Origin: a virus
Reading direction: 5' to 3' (one strand)
Virus record (IMG/VR): IMGVR_UViG_2718217647_000001
DNA length: 64,000 nucleotides
The translations under genes and the position numbers were made by a program. Positions 47,227 to 57,736 of this stretch are shown here, piece after piece (within the stretch, counting starts at the first letter, position 1; every line of letters begins with the position of its first letter). Under the pieces are notes generated by a model that was given only the letters and a program-made list of their open reading frames with translations, made no database searches and had not been told where the DNA came from.

Positions 47227-48036
47227 TTGGCAGAAGGTTTCACTTTTAACGGGATACACAGCAGCACATTCGGGCTATCCGTCCTAAGCAAAGAGGATCC
47301 TGTACTGCCTCCCATTAAAGACTACAAAGAAGAAATCCCAGGTATGGACGGTGCCTGGGATTTTGGCTGTGATTATGGGCCTCGGCCGCTTGCGTATGTA
47401 ATTGCATTTAAAAAGGATTCCAGGCCGGATATAAGGTCCGCTATCCGGCAGATTGCCGCATGGCTAAACCCGAAGGCGGGATCTAAGCCCTTAATCGACG
47501 ATGAGGAGCCCGATAAGTACTACATGGCCCGGGTGACGGGGAACATTCCCCTGGAACACTTGATGAACACGTACCGGGAGGTAACGGTCAACTTTATCGC
47601 ATACGATCCCATGGCCATGAATGATTGGATTACCTGGGATCAGATCGTTGACTCCGGTGCCTTCGTGATTAATAACCCGGGTACCTATGAAATGGCGCCA
47701 GTGATCACTATCACGGCTCTGGACGGCGGGATGCCAGGGGATGTAAATTTAACCGGGGGATACGATCCGGCCGAGGCGGTGGTGGATACGATCACAGACC
47801 CGGTTATCACCCTAGGAGGTAAAACAATCCAGTATGCCGGAGTGATTGCCTTAAACAAATCTCTGATCATTGACTGTTTTAAGAAGCAGGCTTCTTATGA
47901 CGGGTTAAACGCTGCCACGGCTATCTCGGGAAGCTTCCCGGTCCTTCGGCCGGGCAACAACATATTAACTGTGACCGACTCTACCAGCACCAACGGGGCA
48001 AGGGTAAGGGTTCAATATCGTGGGAGGTGGTTATAA
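47227..48036 (+). CDS. Distal tail protein (Dit)
   Basis: GFTFNGIHSSTFGL, PGMDGAW, DEEPDKYYMARV, FPVLRPGNN, YRGRWL. Confidence 0.88.
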   Translation: MAEGFTFNGIHSSTFGLSVLSKEDPVLPPIKDYKEEIPGMDGAWDFGCDYGPRPLAYVIAFKKDSRPDIRSAIRQIAAWLNPKAGSKPLIDDEEPDKYYMARVTGNIPLEHLMNTYREVTVNFIAYDPMAMNDWITWDQIVDSGAFVINNPGTYEMAPVITITALDGGMPGDVNLTGGYDPAEAVVDTITDPVITLGGKTIQYAGVIALNKSLIIDCFKKQASYDGLNAATAISGSFPVLRPGNNILTVTDSTSTNGARVRVQYRGRWL

Positions 48037-48926
48037 TGACTCAGTATGCTCAACCTTTAAATCAGGATCAAAACACCAAATTAACGAGCTCTTTCTGGGA
48101 TGCAAATGTGACCAAGTGGGTCCAGGCTACCCAGGGATATGCCTTAAACACGGGGGGAATTCTGGTCCCTCTGAAAAGTGATGACTCGGGCAATCTGAAA
48201 AATGATGTCATTGACCGGGCGGCGAGACTACTTGGAAAAATCACATCAGATGACGGCGCCATTGCCACACTGGGAGCATTGGCGAACGCGGCAGTAACGG
48301 ATCCGACTGCAAGCGGCAGCGTTGTGGCCCTGCTGAAAGGAGCCCTGACAGACTTGGGACAGATTTCCGATGCAGTGGTGACGGCCGGGGCCACCGGGTC
48401 CCTGAGTGCAAAGATTCGAAGGTTATCCACGGATCTCAATGACCTGCTCACACGAATCGGCGAGGTGCAGGCTAGCCCCACGGCAAATACTGCCTTGGAC
48501 AGGCTAAAAACATTGGCCACAGTATTGGGAACAGTGGCCGATGCCGCTGTCACTGATCCGGCAGCTTCCGGAAGTCAGACCGCACTTTTAAAGGGAATAA
48601 TCAAGCAGTTTCAGGGGGCAGGCAGCGGAGCTGCACCCGTAAAGCCGGTAGGTAATGATAGCCTCCTTCAGGGCAACCTCATCCTGACCGGGGCCGCCCA
48701 GCAGCTTAATGCCGCCAGTGTACCAAGCAAGATCGTAACACCCCAGGCTCATCCGGAGAATAAAGGATATGTCTACGTTGGGAAATCGGATATTAACCCT
48801 AACACACCAGTGTATATGTTTGTTCTTTCCCCTGGCAGCAGTATTACCGTTACCTGCTCAAACCTTAATTTGCTTTGGGTTTGGGGAACGGCCGGAGAAA
48901 AGCTATCCTACGGGGGTGAAGTCTAA
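48036..48926 (+). CDS. Tail-associated protein with AVTDP.ASGS..ALLKG repeats
   Basis: Two internal repeats; position. Confidence 0.6.
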   Translation: MTQYAQPLNQDQNTKLTSSFWDANVTKWVQATQGYALNTGGILVPLKSDDSGNLKNDVIDRAARLLGKITSDDGAIATLGALANAAVTDPTASGSVVALLKGALTDLGQISDAVVTAGATGSLSAKIRRLSTDLNDLLTRIGEVQASPTANTALDRLKTLATVLGTVADAAVTDPAASGSQTALLKGIIKQFQGAGSGAAPVKPVGNDSLLQGNLILTGAAQQLNAASVPSKIVTPQAHPENKGYVYVGKSDINPNTPVYMFVLSPGSSITVTCSNLNLLWVWGTAGEKLSYGGEV

Positions 48927-51307
48927 TGGTCAGCAGACTCGATTATGTCCCGATCCCGGACCTCTCGGCCCAACAAGCTTTCTTCGCCCGGAATGTCTTA
49001 AACCCCCGAGAACGCAACAAAGTTATGGCCTCCGTTGCTGGGGCAGTGGGAAATGTAATCCCCATTCCCACGGATGCCATGAGAGATTATATGCAAATGC
49101 TCATCAAAGGACAAACATTAAAGCCTGAAACTCCGTATACACCAAGTACGTGGGTAGAATGGTCAAAATCTTCAGGAGTAGTAGCAGATTTAACCGGACT
49201 AACCATTCCTGCTGATTTAAGTGTAGATAAAGAAATAGTATTAGGAGTTCATATGAAACCTAATACAAAGTATGGTTTATTGTATGTATTGGTGTCAAAT
49301 AGCTTGGCGAGTTGCTCGTCTAGGCTTTATAGTCTTACAGATTCTGCAGTATATTTAATAGATTCTGCTTCACCTTTAGGAAATAGAAAAAATACTTTCA
49401 CAACAAGCGCTTCTTTGTCTTCTAATGGCAATTTTAGATGGCGCGTAAATTCTGGAGGATCTGGAGAAATAAAAATAAAAGATATACGTGTTTTTGAGCT
49501 TCCTAGTGGTAGCGAAATTGAAACTGATTTTACAAATTTAACTGCAGATCAACTTGCAATAAAGTACCCATTTATAACGGGAGATATATGTAGTGTTCAG
49601 GCATTAATGGCTCGAGGTATTGGAAAGAATTTAACGAAAAACGATGTGTCTTCTTTTGTTGCTCCTGATCAGAGTTCATATTCACATAATGTAACATTCA
49701 ATCCAAATGGAACCATCACACTTAACCCGACTGGATCAGTAGGCACTTATGCGCATTTAGTTCAAAGAATTAATGGATCAGATAACAAATTGATTAGACA
49801 AAATTCACTCAGAGTTTTTCCAAGTACATCATATAAATTATGTCTTTATTTCGATTCGGCCGATAATGGTAAAGTAATATCAACATTAATATTGAGACAA
49901 TCAGATGATTTTACAAGTACTGTAGGCACAGCAACGGCTGGTACCGAAATTAGCAAAACTGTTACTGATGGTAAAATAGTATATAACATGACAACTCCTA
50001 TTGACGTAAAAAAATATATTGGTCTCCAACCAAGATGTAATGCTTCTCTAACATTAACTCATATTGCTTTGTTTCGAAGTGATGTAATAGATACTACTTT
50101 TGAAGCTCATGCAGAAACTTTTGCAATTAGTCCAATAATTTTACGTCGTATTGGGACTGTGGCAGATATTTTTGATCCTGTTACAGGTGTTCTCTCAAAA
50201 AGAATTGGGGATCCTGCAAATTTACCTGGAAATTTAAACTGGGCACATCACAATAACTATTCAGGATATAAAGCTGCAAGCGTAGCTAATTTTATAACTA
50301 GTCTTGGCGGGATACCTAATGCCTATTCAGCAGCAAAAGCCGGAGAAGTATATAGATATGATAATTATCTTGCTAATTGGGGCGCAGCATCTGATGGGGC
50401 TTATAATTTTAACTTTGTTAATGGAACTTTTTACTTAACAGTTCCAAATAGTGAAACGGGATTTTCTGAAGATATGGTCCCTATATCAAATGAATGGAAA
50501 GCTTATTTTTATGGTTGGCGTATGTGCAACCCAGATGGTTCCGTTCCTTGGGATGGCATTCAAACAAAATCATGGAAAAAAATTACTGATGGTACAGGAA
50601 TAACTAGTGTATTACCAACTGCATCATATACTGGATATCTTCCTTATCGTGTATTTTGTCAACTTGTTAACCCAATTATCACTCATTTTCAGCCTCAGCC
50701 TCTTTTTGCGCAGCTTTATGGAGTTTTAATTATAGAACCAGTTATTCGGGATTGTAAGAAACCGGTCGCAGGAACCGGCAAGATCACCGTCACTGACGCC
50801 TCCGCGCCGATAGATAGCATTAGGAAGGTTGAGCGGGTGGATATGCTTGGTGGTCTTGTCCGATATGTGGATGTGACCAGCAGTTGCACGATCACGGACT
50901 CAGGGACGACTCTTACGATCACCGGCTTCGACCCGACCAAACAGTATGTGTATGAATGCGGCATCACGTCCTGGTACTCGTGCCTCCCGACGATCGACTA
51001 TCAATATCCCCAAGCCGACTATGTTAAGTTTGATACGGCATCCCATGACTACCAGGCGGCAGCCGCAGACTGGACGCTATCGGATGCAGAACAGAAATGC
51101 TTACTGCTTACATTAACCAATGCGGGGGCGGCAGTAAATATCATTGCAAAAGATTTAGAGGGCTGGCCTCACGCAGTGAGAAATCTATCAGGGCAAGCGG
51201 CTACGATCAAAAAGAGTGGTGGAACTGGTGTAGTAATAGCAGCAGGTAAAACAGCATGGGTTATTCATAACGGAACTGACTATGTAAGATTAACGGCGGA
51301 TGCCTAA
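48926..51307 (+). CDS. Putative receptor-binding/baseplate protein, mosaic
   Basis: 793 aa beta-rich; AT-rich core about 49100-50750 between GC-richer ends. Confidence 0.6.
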   Translation: MVSRLDYVPIPDLSAQQAFFARNVLNPRERNKVMASVAGAVGNVIPIPTDAMRDYMQMLIKGQTLKPETPYTPSTWVEWSKSSGVVADLTGLTIPADLSVDKEIVLGVHMKPNTKYGLLYVLVSNSLASCSSRLYSLTDSAVYLIDSASPLGNRKNTFTTSASLSSNGNFRWRVNSGGSGEIKIKDIRVFELPSGSEIETDFTNLTADQLAIKYPFITGDICSVQALMARGIGKNLTKNDVSSFVAPDQSSYSHNVTFNPNGTITLNPTGSVGTYAHLVQRINGSDNKLIRQNSLRVFPSTSYKLCLYFDSADNGKVISTLILRQSDDFTSTVGTATAGTEISKTVTDGKIVYNMTTPIDVKKYIGLQPRCNASLTLTHIALFRSDVIDTTFEAHAETFAISPIILRRIGTVADIFDPVTGVLSKRIGDPANLPGNLNWAHHNNYSGYKAASVANFITSLGGIPNAYSAAKAGEVYRYDNYLANWGAASDGAYNFNFVNGTFYLTVPNSETGFSEDMVPISNEWKAYFYGWRMCNPDGSVPWDGIQTKSWKKITDGTGITSVLPTASYTGYLPYRVFCQLVNPIITHFQPQPLFAQLYGVLIIEPVIRDCKKPVAGTGKITVTDASAPIDSIRKVERVDMLGGLVRYVDVTSSCTITDSGTTLTITGFDPTKQYVYECGITSWYSCLPTIDYQYPQADYVKFDTASHDYQAAAADWTLSDAEQKCLLLTLTNAGAAVNIIAKDLEGWPHAVRNLSGQAATIKKSGGTGVVIAAGKTAWVIHNGTDYVRLTADA

Positions 51308-51325
51308 AGAAAAGGAGAGGATATT

Positions 51326-51568
51326 ATGCAAATTAAACTTAAGGTAGCAAAGATCACTTATAACGAGGACGGCACAGTAACAACAAAACTTACCACGGAG
51401 CTGGCCGGGGCAGTCGAAGGAGCAACTCCTTCAGGTGCTCTTTTTATCACAGTGCCCTCCCAAGCGGACCAACCAGAGAGTTTGACTTATGGAGCTGAAC
51501 TGAACAGTGACCTAGCCCCATTCGTGGACCTCACGCCTCCAGAGCCGCCGGAGGCACCGGGAGAATGA
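51326..51568 (+). CDS. Small hypothetical tail-region protein
   Basis: SD AGGAGAGG. Confidence 0.6.
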   Translation: MQIKLKVAKITYNEDGTVTTKLTTELAGAVEGATPSGALFITVPSQADQPESLTYGAELNSDLAPFVDLTPPEPPEAPGE

Positions 51569-51679
51569 TCTCCCAGCAACGAATCGTATTTAACAAAGGA
51601 CTGATCTATAACATAAGCTTTAGACCTAAAGATATTTCCCATGACTCCGATATATTTATTTGAGGGGGGTGGCAGATAC

Positions 51680-52246
51680 ATGAAAAAAGTGGTATCAATG
51701 AATGAGCTAATATGGGGTACATTATTTTCAACAGTAATCGTGATGGAAATAATTGTCTTATTCATTGAAACTACTTTAAATACATTTTATTTGTTCTTAA
51801 TAATGGCTAGTATTATTTTATTAGAGTGGTTGATAATTTTTTTGATTCTTAAGTATGTTTTAGGTAAAGGATTACCATTAGATTCTATTCTTAGTCCATT
51901 CGGATTTATTGAACCACATGTAGGAAGAAAATGTCGTAAAAATATTTTTTATTTCGAAAAGGTTTGTCTTGAGATTACTATTATTGCTATTCAGAAAAAG
52001 AAAGATATCCTTATTGATTCATGGTTAATATCAAAGCGAAATCTAGAGAAATATTTTGGAAAATCGGTAGAATATTTTGGACCTACTTGCATCCAAAAAT
52101 TTGTAAATTGGATTAATAGGGTAACCTTTCAGCGAAAAAATAGGAAGAAATGTATCCGATGTGTTATTCACACTAATGCGCTTACAAGTGAACAAATAGG
52201 GGTAATTGATGCAAAACTTAAAGAATTAGAAGAGAGAAATAATTAA
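51680..52246 (+). CDS. AT-rich membrane moron
   Basis: Two TM helices; followed by a GAAA-loop terminator. Confidence 0.65.
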   Translation: MKKVVSMNELIWGTLFSTVIVMEIIVLFIETTLNTFYLFLIMASIILLEWLIIFLILKYVLGKGLPLDSILSPFGFIEPHVGRKCRKNIFYFEKVCLEITIIAIQKKKDILIDSWLISKRNLEKYFGKSVEYFGPTCIQKFVNWINRVTFQRKNRKKCIRCVIHTNALTSEQIGVIDAKLKELEERNN

Positions 52247-52258
52247 CAGTACAGACAA

Positions 52259-52283
52259 TAGAGCCGAAAGGCTCTATTTTGTT
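52259..52283 (+). terminator. Intrinsic terminator
   Basis: TAGAGCC-GAAA-GGCTCTA followed by T-tract. Confidence 0.75.
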
Positions 52284-52298
52284 TGGAGGTGATGCCTA

Positions 52299-54476
52299 AT
52301 GCTAGCAGCAGAGTACATGGAAGTGCTTAATATCAATGATTCCCGTTCCGCCTTCCTCAGCCCATCTTCTGATGGGGTAAAACAGGCCAGACTGAAACGG
52401 GTAGTCAACGGGGAATGCGAACTGAAGTTCATCCTCCCCCGCACTTCGGAGAAGTGGGCCTATATTGATGGCTTGCACAAGATCAGGGTCAATGGCCATA
52501 TCTTTTGGATCGTCGGGACCGAGGAGGAGAGGGATCAGCAGGGGAGGCTGCTCTCAAACGTCCAATGTGAAGAGATCTGGGTCAAGGACCTGGGGGCTAA
52601 GAGAGCCAATTACCTAACGGTTGAGATCCTCAGCTCCACAGCTGAAAATGCCTTGACAACTCTTCTGGCCGGTACCGGGTGGTCCATAGGATTAGTTACT
52701 GTGGGCACCGACCTTCACGATCTGGAGACCGAAAAGGGGACCTGTCTATCGAACCTTAAAAAGGTCCAGGAGCTCTGGGGCGGAATTCTCGATTTCAACA
52801 GCGCCGAAAAGAAGGTTAATCTATTCGCTGATGCCGACTTCGGGCAGAATCGTGGGGTGCAGTTCCGGTACGGGAAGAATCTTAAATCTATTTCCCGGAA
52901 GATTGATTACAATGTGATAACCAGGCTTTTCCCATTCGGCAAGGATGACCTTGACATCAGCTCAGTAAACGAAGAGCATCTGTACATTGATAACTTCCAA
53001 TATACAACCGAGGTATGGGAGGATAACTGGGTCAATCAGGACTATGATGACCCGGCCGAACTTAAGGCGAAAGCTATTGAGTATCTTGACACAATATCCC
53101 GACCCCGGGCAAATTACGCTGGCGAAGTAGATGATCTTTCCTCCCTCACGGGCTATGAAGTAGAGTCCTTTGAATACGGAGACTGGATCACTATATTTGA
53201 TCCGGACATTGCCCCCACCGGCATTTTAAATCGGATATATCAATATGAGTATGACGTGTTCCAGCCATGGGATGCCGATGTAGAATTCGGCGATCCACAG
53301 GAGACCCTGGCTGACATCCTGGCCGGCCACCAGGTGGCAGCTGAGGTCGTGAATAACGTGGTAGTTAAGAACCCTACGCTTCAGAACCTGTTTAAGGGGT
53401 TCGTCAATACCTTTACGACTCTCATCAATTCCGCAAACGGTAAACTTAGGTGGGAGAATGGGGTACTTGAGGCAATTGAGGTAGATGGAAGCGGTAATGA
53501 AACCGGCCAGCGGGTCCGGTTGACACCCGGGGGGTTAGGCATCAGTGAGGATTTTGGACAAACATATGTTACAGCTGTTACAGGTCAAGGCATACTTGGG
53601 GATAAGGTTATCGCTAATTCGGCTTATGTGCTTAGAATTTTGACTGGTGGTATCTCAATCCAGGACGGCCTCTCGGACGATCAGATTGCCGGCGCCGGCA
53701 CATGGAATGCAGCTGCAACGATTGCTGCCAATTCCGTACAGAAAGGGGTGCCCTATAACAGCGTGTCGATTACCCCGCTGGATGGGATCTTAGCTGCTTT
53801 GGCAAATGGAAACTATACTCGCCTTTCAGGATTAGGGCTAAAACATCAGATAGTTTTGTCGGCTACCTTAGCAAGTCCCGGAATGACCGATAGTGCAACT
53901 ACAGCAACACTGACGTCAGACGTTTTACTACCAGCCCCATTTTCTCTCCAAATAGATAATGAAATCATGATAGTCAGGACAAAAAGCGGGACTTCTTTAA
54001 GTGATATATTAAGGGGCCAAAGTGGATCTACAGCAACAAGTCACAATGCAGAAACACCAATTCTGCTTATCAAGGATTACCACTTTTTGACAGAGATAAG
54101 TAGAGTATCAACGGTAGGAGGTGGGTCTCATACTTCTTCCCCATGGTGGGATGAATCAGACGTTTTGTCACAAGTCCCTATAATTACGATTCAGTTGCCT
54201 GAAGATTTCAAAGAAAAGATATTTAAAATATCTGTAGAACCACGCATGAGTGATGCAAATATGAATTATATGTTTGACGGATTTACTTTTGCAGGTTCAG
54301 GAAGCGCATACTGGCAATTAAGAAAAGTTATTTGCGAGGTAGTGGGGACGCCTGATTTTGTAAATGCAACCTTTCAAATTAAGGCATATGCTCAATTTAG
54401 ACGGGGGACCTCGGTTACAACCACATCTTACGAAGGATGTTCCGGAATAGATGTCACTTATACCGTTACTGCATAA
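52299..54476 (+). CDS. Tail spike/hub (Tal, prophage tail endopeptidase-like)
   Basis: GVQFRYGKNLKSISR, ITRLFPFGKD, GDWITIFD, FGDP motifs. Confidence 0.85.
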   Translation: MLAAEYMEVLNINDSRSAFLSPSSDGVKQARLKRVVNGECELKFILPRTSEKWAYIDGLHKIRVNGHIFWIVGTEEERDQQGRLLSNVQCEEIWVKDLGAKRANYLTVEILSSTAENALTTLLAGTGWSIGLVTVGTDLHDLETEKGTCLSNLKKVQELWGGILDFNSAEKKVNLFADADFGQNRGVQFRYGKNLKSISRKIDYNVITRLFPFGKDDLDISSVNEEHLYIDNFQYTTEVWEDNWVNQDYDDPAELKAKAIEYLDTISRPRANYAGEVDDLSSLTGYEVESFEYGDWITIFDPDIAPTGILNRIYQYEYDVFQPWDADVEFGDPQETLADILAGHQVAAEVVNNVVVKNPTLQNLFKGFVNTFTTLINSANGKLRWENGVLEAIEVDGSGNETGQRVRLTPGGLGISEDFGQTYVTAVTGQGILGDKVIANSAYVLRILTGGISIQDGLSDDQIAGAGTWNAAATIAANSVQKGVPYNSVSITPLDGILAALANGNYTRLSGLGLKHQIVLSATLASPGMTDSATTATLTSDVLLPAPFSLQIDNEIMIVRTKSGTSLSDILRGQSGSTATSHNAETPILLIKDYHFLTEISRVSTVGGGSHTSSPWWDESDVLSQVPIITIQLPEDFKEKIFKISVEPRMSDANMNYMFDGFTFAGSGSAYWQLRKVICEVVGTPDFVNATFQIKAYAQFRRGTSVTTTSYEGCSGIDVTYTVTA

Positions 54477-54613
54477 GTCCAGCTAAGAAAAGTCAAGCAA
54501 AAAAATAAAAAAGTTAGAAATATTATGCTGGGGCAAAAAAGGGTAACCTTAACAAAGCTTTTTCAGACATTGAAAAAAGCGCACCTTGGCAATGTATAAA
54601 AAATTATGTATGT

Positions 54614-54657
54614 TTATGCAGCATTCGTTAGCTTTACTGAATATTCTGCGCAATGCT
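54614..54657 (-). pseudogene. Displaced C-terminal 13 codons of the IS110 transposase
   Basis: After removing IS3 and one TSD the frame reads ...KTPDQ-HCAEYSVKLTNAA*. Confidence 0.8.
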
Positions 54658-54963
54658 TATGGTGGACTACTTTGTCAAGACAATTTTTTGACCCTGTTTA
54701 AGGTGTATTCACACCACCTTTCGCTCCTTGATAATTGTATATAATTGTAAGTTTATTTAAAAACGTATTGGTAATTCCGTTAATTATTTCCACTGGATTA
54801 GATATTATGTCAAGGGTCGGCTTTGCCGACAGCGAAGCTGCTTGCCCTTGACATGTTGATCAGCAAGACCCTTTTGTTTCCGGTCTGTTCATAACAGACC
54901 GGTTGCCTCCCGGCGAGGGCGGGGTGGTTTGGAGGGGCAGAGCCCTTCCAGGGTTTTAAGAAG

Positions 54964-55848
54964 TCATTTTTTAAAGTAAACTTCTGCCGGAGTAAGTTCC
55001 TTCAATGCTTGGTGTGGCCGGTATGTGTTGTAGCTTTCAAGATATCTTCCAATACCATACCTGGCTTCTCTAGGGCTTGCATAATCATTAATATATATTT
55101 CTTGGTACTTAACAGATCTCCATAATCGTTCTGTGAAAATGTTATCTAATGCCCGGCCTCTTCCGTCCATGCTAATTTGGATGCTACTATTTATCAGCGT
55201 ATCTATATATCGTCTGGATGTAAATTGGCTACCCTGATCGCTATTGGCAATTACAGGTTTTCCGATTTTTAGACCTGCTTCCAATGCGGAAAGAACAAAA
55301 TCAACTTCAAGGTTATCACTTAATTCCCATGAAACCACGTAACGTGAATACCAGTCCAGAAATGCTACAAGGTAAAGCCAGCCGCGTCGTAAGCGGACAT
55401 AGGTAATATCAGTTCCCCAAATATGGTTTGGATAACTGGCGGTAATATTTCTAAGTAGGTATGGATAAACCTTATGTTCATGGTTTCTTTTGCTGAGGTT
55501 AGGACCAGGATGTATTGCAACCAAGCCCATTTCACGCATATATTTTTGAACCGTTGACCGACTAACCAAGTGTCCCTCTCGTTTTAAGACCGTCGTAATA
55601 CTTCTCGAACCGAAATAGGGTGATTTAGTATAAATTTCGTCAATGGCATGCTTAAGCCGAATTTCCTCTTCTGATGGTGGAACTGGTTTATAGTAAAGAC
55701 TGCTCCGATTGAGAGAAAGCATTTGAGCTTGCACAAAAACGGACATTTCGGGATCGTCAAAATCTACAAGGGCAATCCGTTCACTTCTTGGCAGGGTCGA
55801 TCCCAGATTTTTTTTTAAGCCAATTGAATTGGGCGGTGACCTCTCCAA
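54964..55848 (-). CDS. IS3 transposase OrfB
   Basis: Identical protein. Confidence 0.95.
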   Translation of the reverse strand: MERSPPNSIGLKKNLGSTLPRSERIALVDFDDPEMSVFVQAQMLSLNRSSLYYKPVPPSEEEIRLKHAIDEIYTKSPYFGSRSITTVLKREGHLVSRSTVQKYMREMGLVAIHPGPNLSKRNHEHKVYPYLLRNITASYPNHIWGTDITYVRLRRGWLYLVAFLDWYSRYVVSWELSDNLEVDFVLSALEAGLKIGKPVIANSDQGSQFTSRRYIDTLINSSIQISMDGRGRALDNIFTERLWRSVKYQEIYINDYASPREARYGIGRYLESYNTYRPHQALKELTPAEVYFKK

Positions 55849-56077
55849 GCTGGGTATACAGATCTTGCACTTGCTTTTTTAGATCTTCTTTTTCGTCATC
55901 CTTCCTGCGTCCATCTGCAAGTATCTGAGGGAGCCCTTCAATTGCTTCTTTCTTCCAACTAGACAGCTGATTTGGATGTACTTCATATTCGGCAGCAAGC
56001 TGGGATATGGATTTTTCTTCCTTTAGAATTTCCAGTACAACCTTGGCTTTAAATTCTCCTGTAAATGTTTTTCGCAT
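55781..56077 (-). CDS. IS3 transposase OrfA
   Basis: Identical protein. Confidence 0.95.
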   Translation of the reverse strand: MRKTFTGEFKAKVVLEILKEEKSISQLAAEYEVHPNQLSSWKKEAIEGLPQILADGRRKDDEKEDLKKQVQDLYTQLGEVTAQFNWLKKKSGIDPAKK

Positions 56078-56131
56078 ACCTCATTATACACTTTAAATCA
56101 GGCTGTTTTGTTGTCTAGTTTTCTTAGTCCA

Positions 56132-57394
56132 TTATAGCTGATCCGGAGTTTTCATCTCATATGGTTTGTTATCCCGGAGCATGGCAAATATCGTGTTGCA
56201 CACCTTATGCATAACTGCACCAAGTGCAACCATCTTACATTTAGATTGACACTTTTTCAGGTAAAATTCACGCAGGACAGGGTTCTTAGCAACTCCTTTC
56301 TTATCACTGCCGATTGCCTGAAGTGCCATCGTGTAAACTACTCTGCGAGCCAGAGCAGATCCCCGCTTGGAAATCTTGACATCGGTGCCCTTAAAGTTAC
56401 CGGACTGCTTTACCTCCGGGTCTAATCCAAAGTAAGCATAAAGCTGTTTTGGTTTACGGAAAGCGCCGAAATCACCGATTTCGCACATAAGAGTTACCGC
56501 GCTTAGGAAACCGGCACCTCGATAGGATTCCAGCAAATGAATCTGCTGGATAAAGGGTTCTTCCGGATGGGCATCCACAATGGAGGCCATCTCAGAAAGA
56601 ACAGCCTGAGTCTCCTCATCATATTTCTGAATGAAAGAGATATGTTGGCAGATCAGAAAAAAGTTGCTGTCCAGAGCATGGCCGAAAGAAAAAGATTCTT
56701 TAGCTGCCAGTACCAGTTGCTCATATTTTGCAGCGGCGGAGGCAATCCCTTTCCTGGAGGCTTTTGCAATGGCAGGAATCAAGGTGCTGGGGTCGGCATC
56801 AAGGATAGCCTGAGGGGAGGTATATTCCTTTAAAATCATAAGAGAAGCACTTCCCGTCACTTTGGAGAAGATACCGAGGTATTGCGGAAAAGCAACCCGG
56901 AGCTGGCCTAAAAGCTTGTTCACATAAGCAGAACGGGCATCCATGAGATTGTAATATTCCCTAGTAAGATTGCGCAGGTTTAAAACCAGGTCTGTCGGTA
57001 TGAGAGATAACTTGATGTTTGGATTCAAACCGAGGATGGCAGCCTTTTTGGAATCGAAGCTATCATTATGAACTTTCCTGATGTTCATGTTTCTGCTAGA
57101 ATTGGTGATGAGGGGATTGATGACGGAAACGTCAAATCCCGACTCACGGAGATAGCAGAAGAGAGGGAAATGGTAGATTCCCGTGGATTCCAGAAAGATA
57201 CGAGCTTTCAAGGAATTCAACTCTTCTGCTTTTTTAATTCTGTCAACGGCAGAAGAGAGAGAATCCAACCGATTATGAAAAATCTTAAAGGGCTTACCAA
57301 GAAGTTGGAAATTGGGGAGTGCTATGGACATTTCAGAGAAATCGGCACCCACATCAATCCCAACAGATAAATAAGGTTCAAAAGTTTGGTGCAT
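56132..57394 (-). CDS. IS110-family recombinase/transposase, C-terminally clipped by IS3
   Basis: DEDD RuvC motifs VGIDVG / FLESTG / NDSFDS; Tnp domain YFGLDPEVKQSG; ATG 57394 behind AAGGAG. Confidence 0.92.
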   Translation of the reverse strand: MHQTFEPYLSVGIDVGADFSEMSIALPNFQLLGKPFKIFHNRLDSLSSAVDRIKKAEELNSLKARIFLESTGIYHFPLFCYLRESGFDVSVINPLITNSSRNMNIRKVHNDSFDSKKAAILGLNPNIKLSLIPTDLVLNLRNLTREYYNLMDARSAYVNKLLGQLRVAFPQYLGIFSKVTGSASLMILKEYTSPQAILDADPSTLIPAIAKASRKGIASAAAKYEQLVLAAKESFSFGHALDSNFFLICQHISFIQKYDEETQAVLSEMASIVDAHPEEPFIQQIHLLESYRGAGFLSAVTLMCEIGDFGAFRKPKQLYAYFGLDPEVKQSGNFKGTDVKISKRGSALARRVVYTMALQAIGSDKKGVAKNPVLREFYLKKCQSKCKMVALGAVMHKVCNTIFAMLRDNKPYEMKTPDQL

Positions 57395-57399
57395 GAGTA

Positions 57400-57736
57400 A
57401 TCTCCTTTCGAATAGGCATCCATTTCCAGACAATAGCTACACAGCCTAGCATGTGATGCAGGTATAGCACAAAGGCTCCCAACCAGCCGAATCATAAAGG
57501 ACTATTGAATGGATTAATTGACTTATTTACAGGTATAGGGCAATAAGAAAAGCCCGCCCTAGGAGGAGTCCATTTATCTTCCTATTCAACAAATGAATAT
57601 ACCTTAAAAACGGTCTGGTGTCTATTAGGAGCCTGTGTACATGATGAATAAAAATACATTGTTTTAAAGTTGGAAGATAGGAAAGAAACCAGACTACTCT
57701 TTGTCCAACTTAGGTATAAAAAATTATTAACCATAT
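57400..57736 (-). ncRNA. Candidate bridge/seek RNA in the IS110 left non-coding end
   Basis: About 340-nt leader; contains CTTTTCTTA (57552-57544), identical to the donor sequence abutting the core. Confidence 0.5.

Larger units (their letters stand above)
54658..56136 (-). mobile_element. IS3-family element, copy 3
   Basis: Same ends, length and ORFs as copy 1; TSD GCT at 54655-57 and 56137-39. Confidence 0.97.

Noticed and set aside
48926-54476. Diversity-generating retroelement acting on tail genes
   Set aside because: No reverse transcriptase ORF and no TR/VR repeat pair with adenine-specific mismatches seen.
61-56136. Inversion or recombination among the three IS3 copies
   Set aside because: Copies 1 and 3 each keep their own matching TSD and phage gene order is collinear; only a local deletion at copy 2 is supported.
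57395-57433. Upstream start of the IS110 ORF given in the ORF track (57433)
   Set aside because: The SD AAGGAG sits in front of ATG 57394; the longer start would run through the leader.
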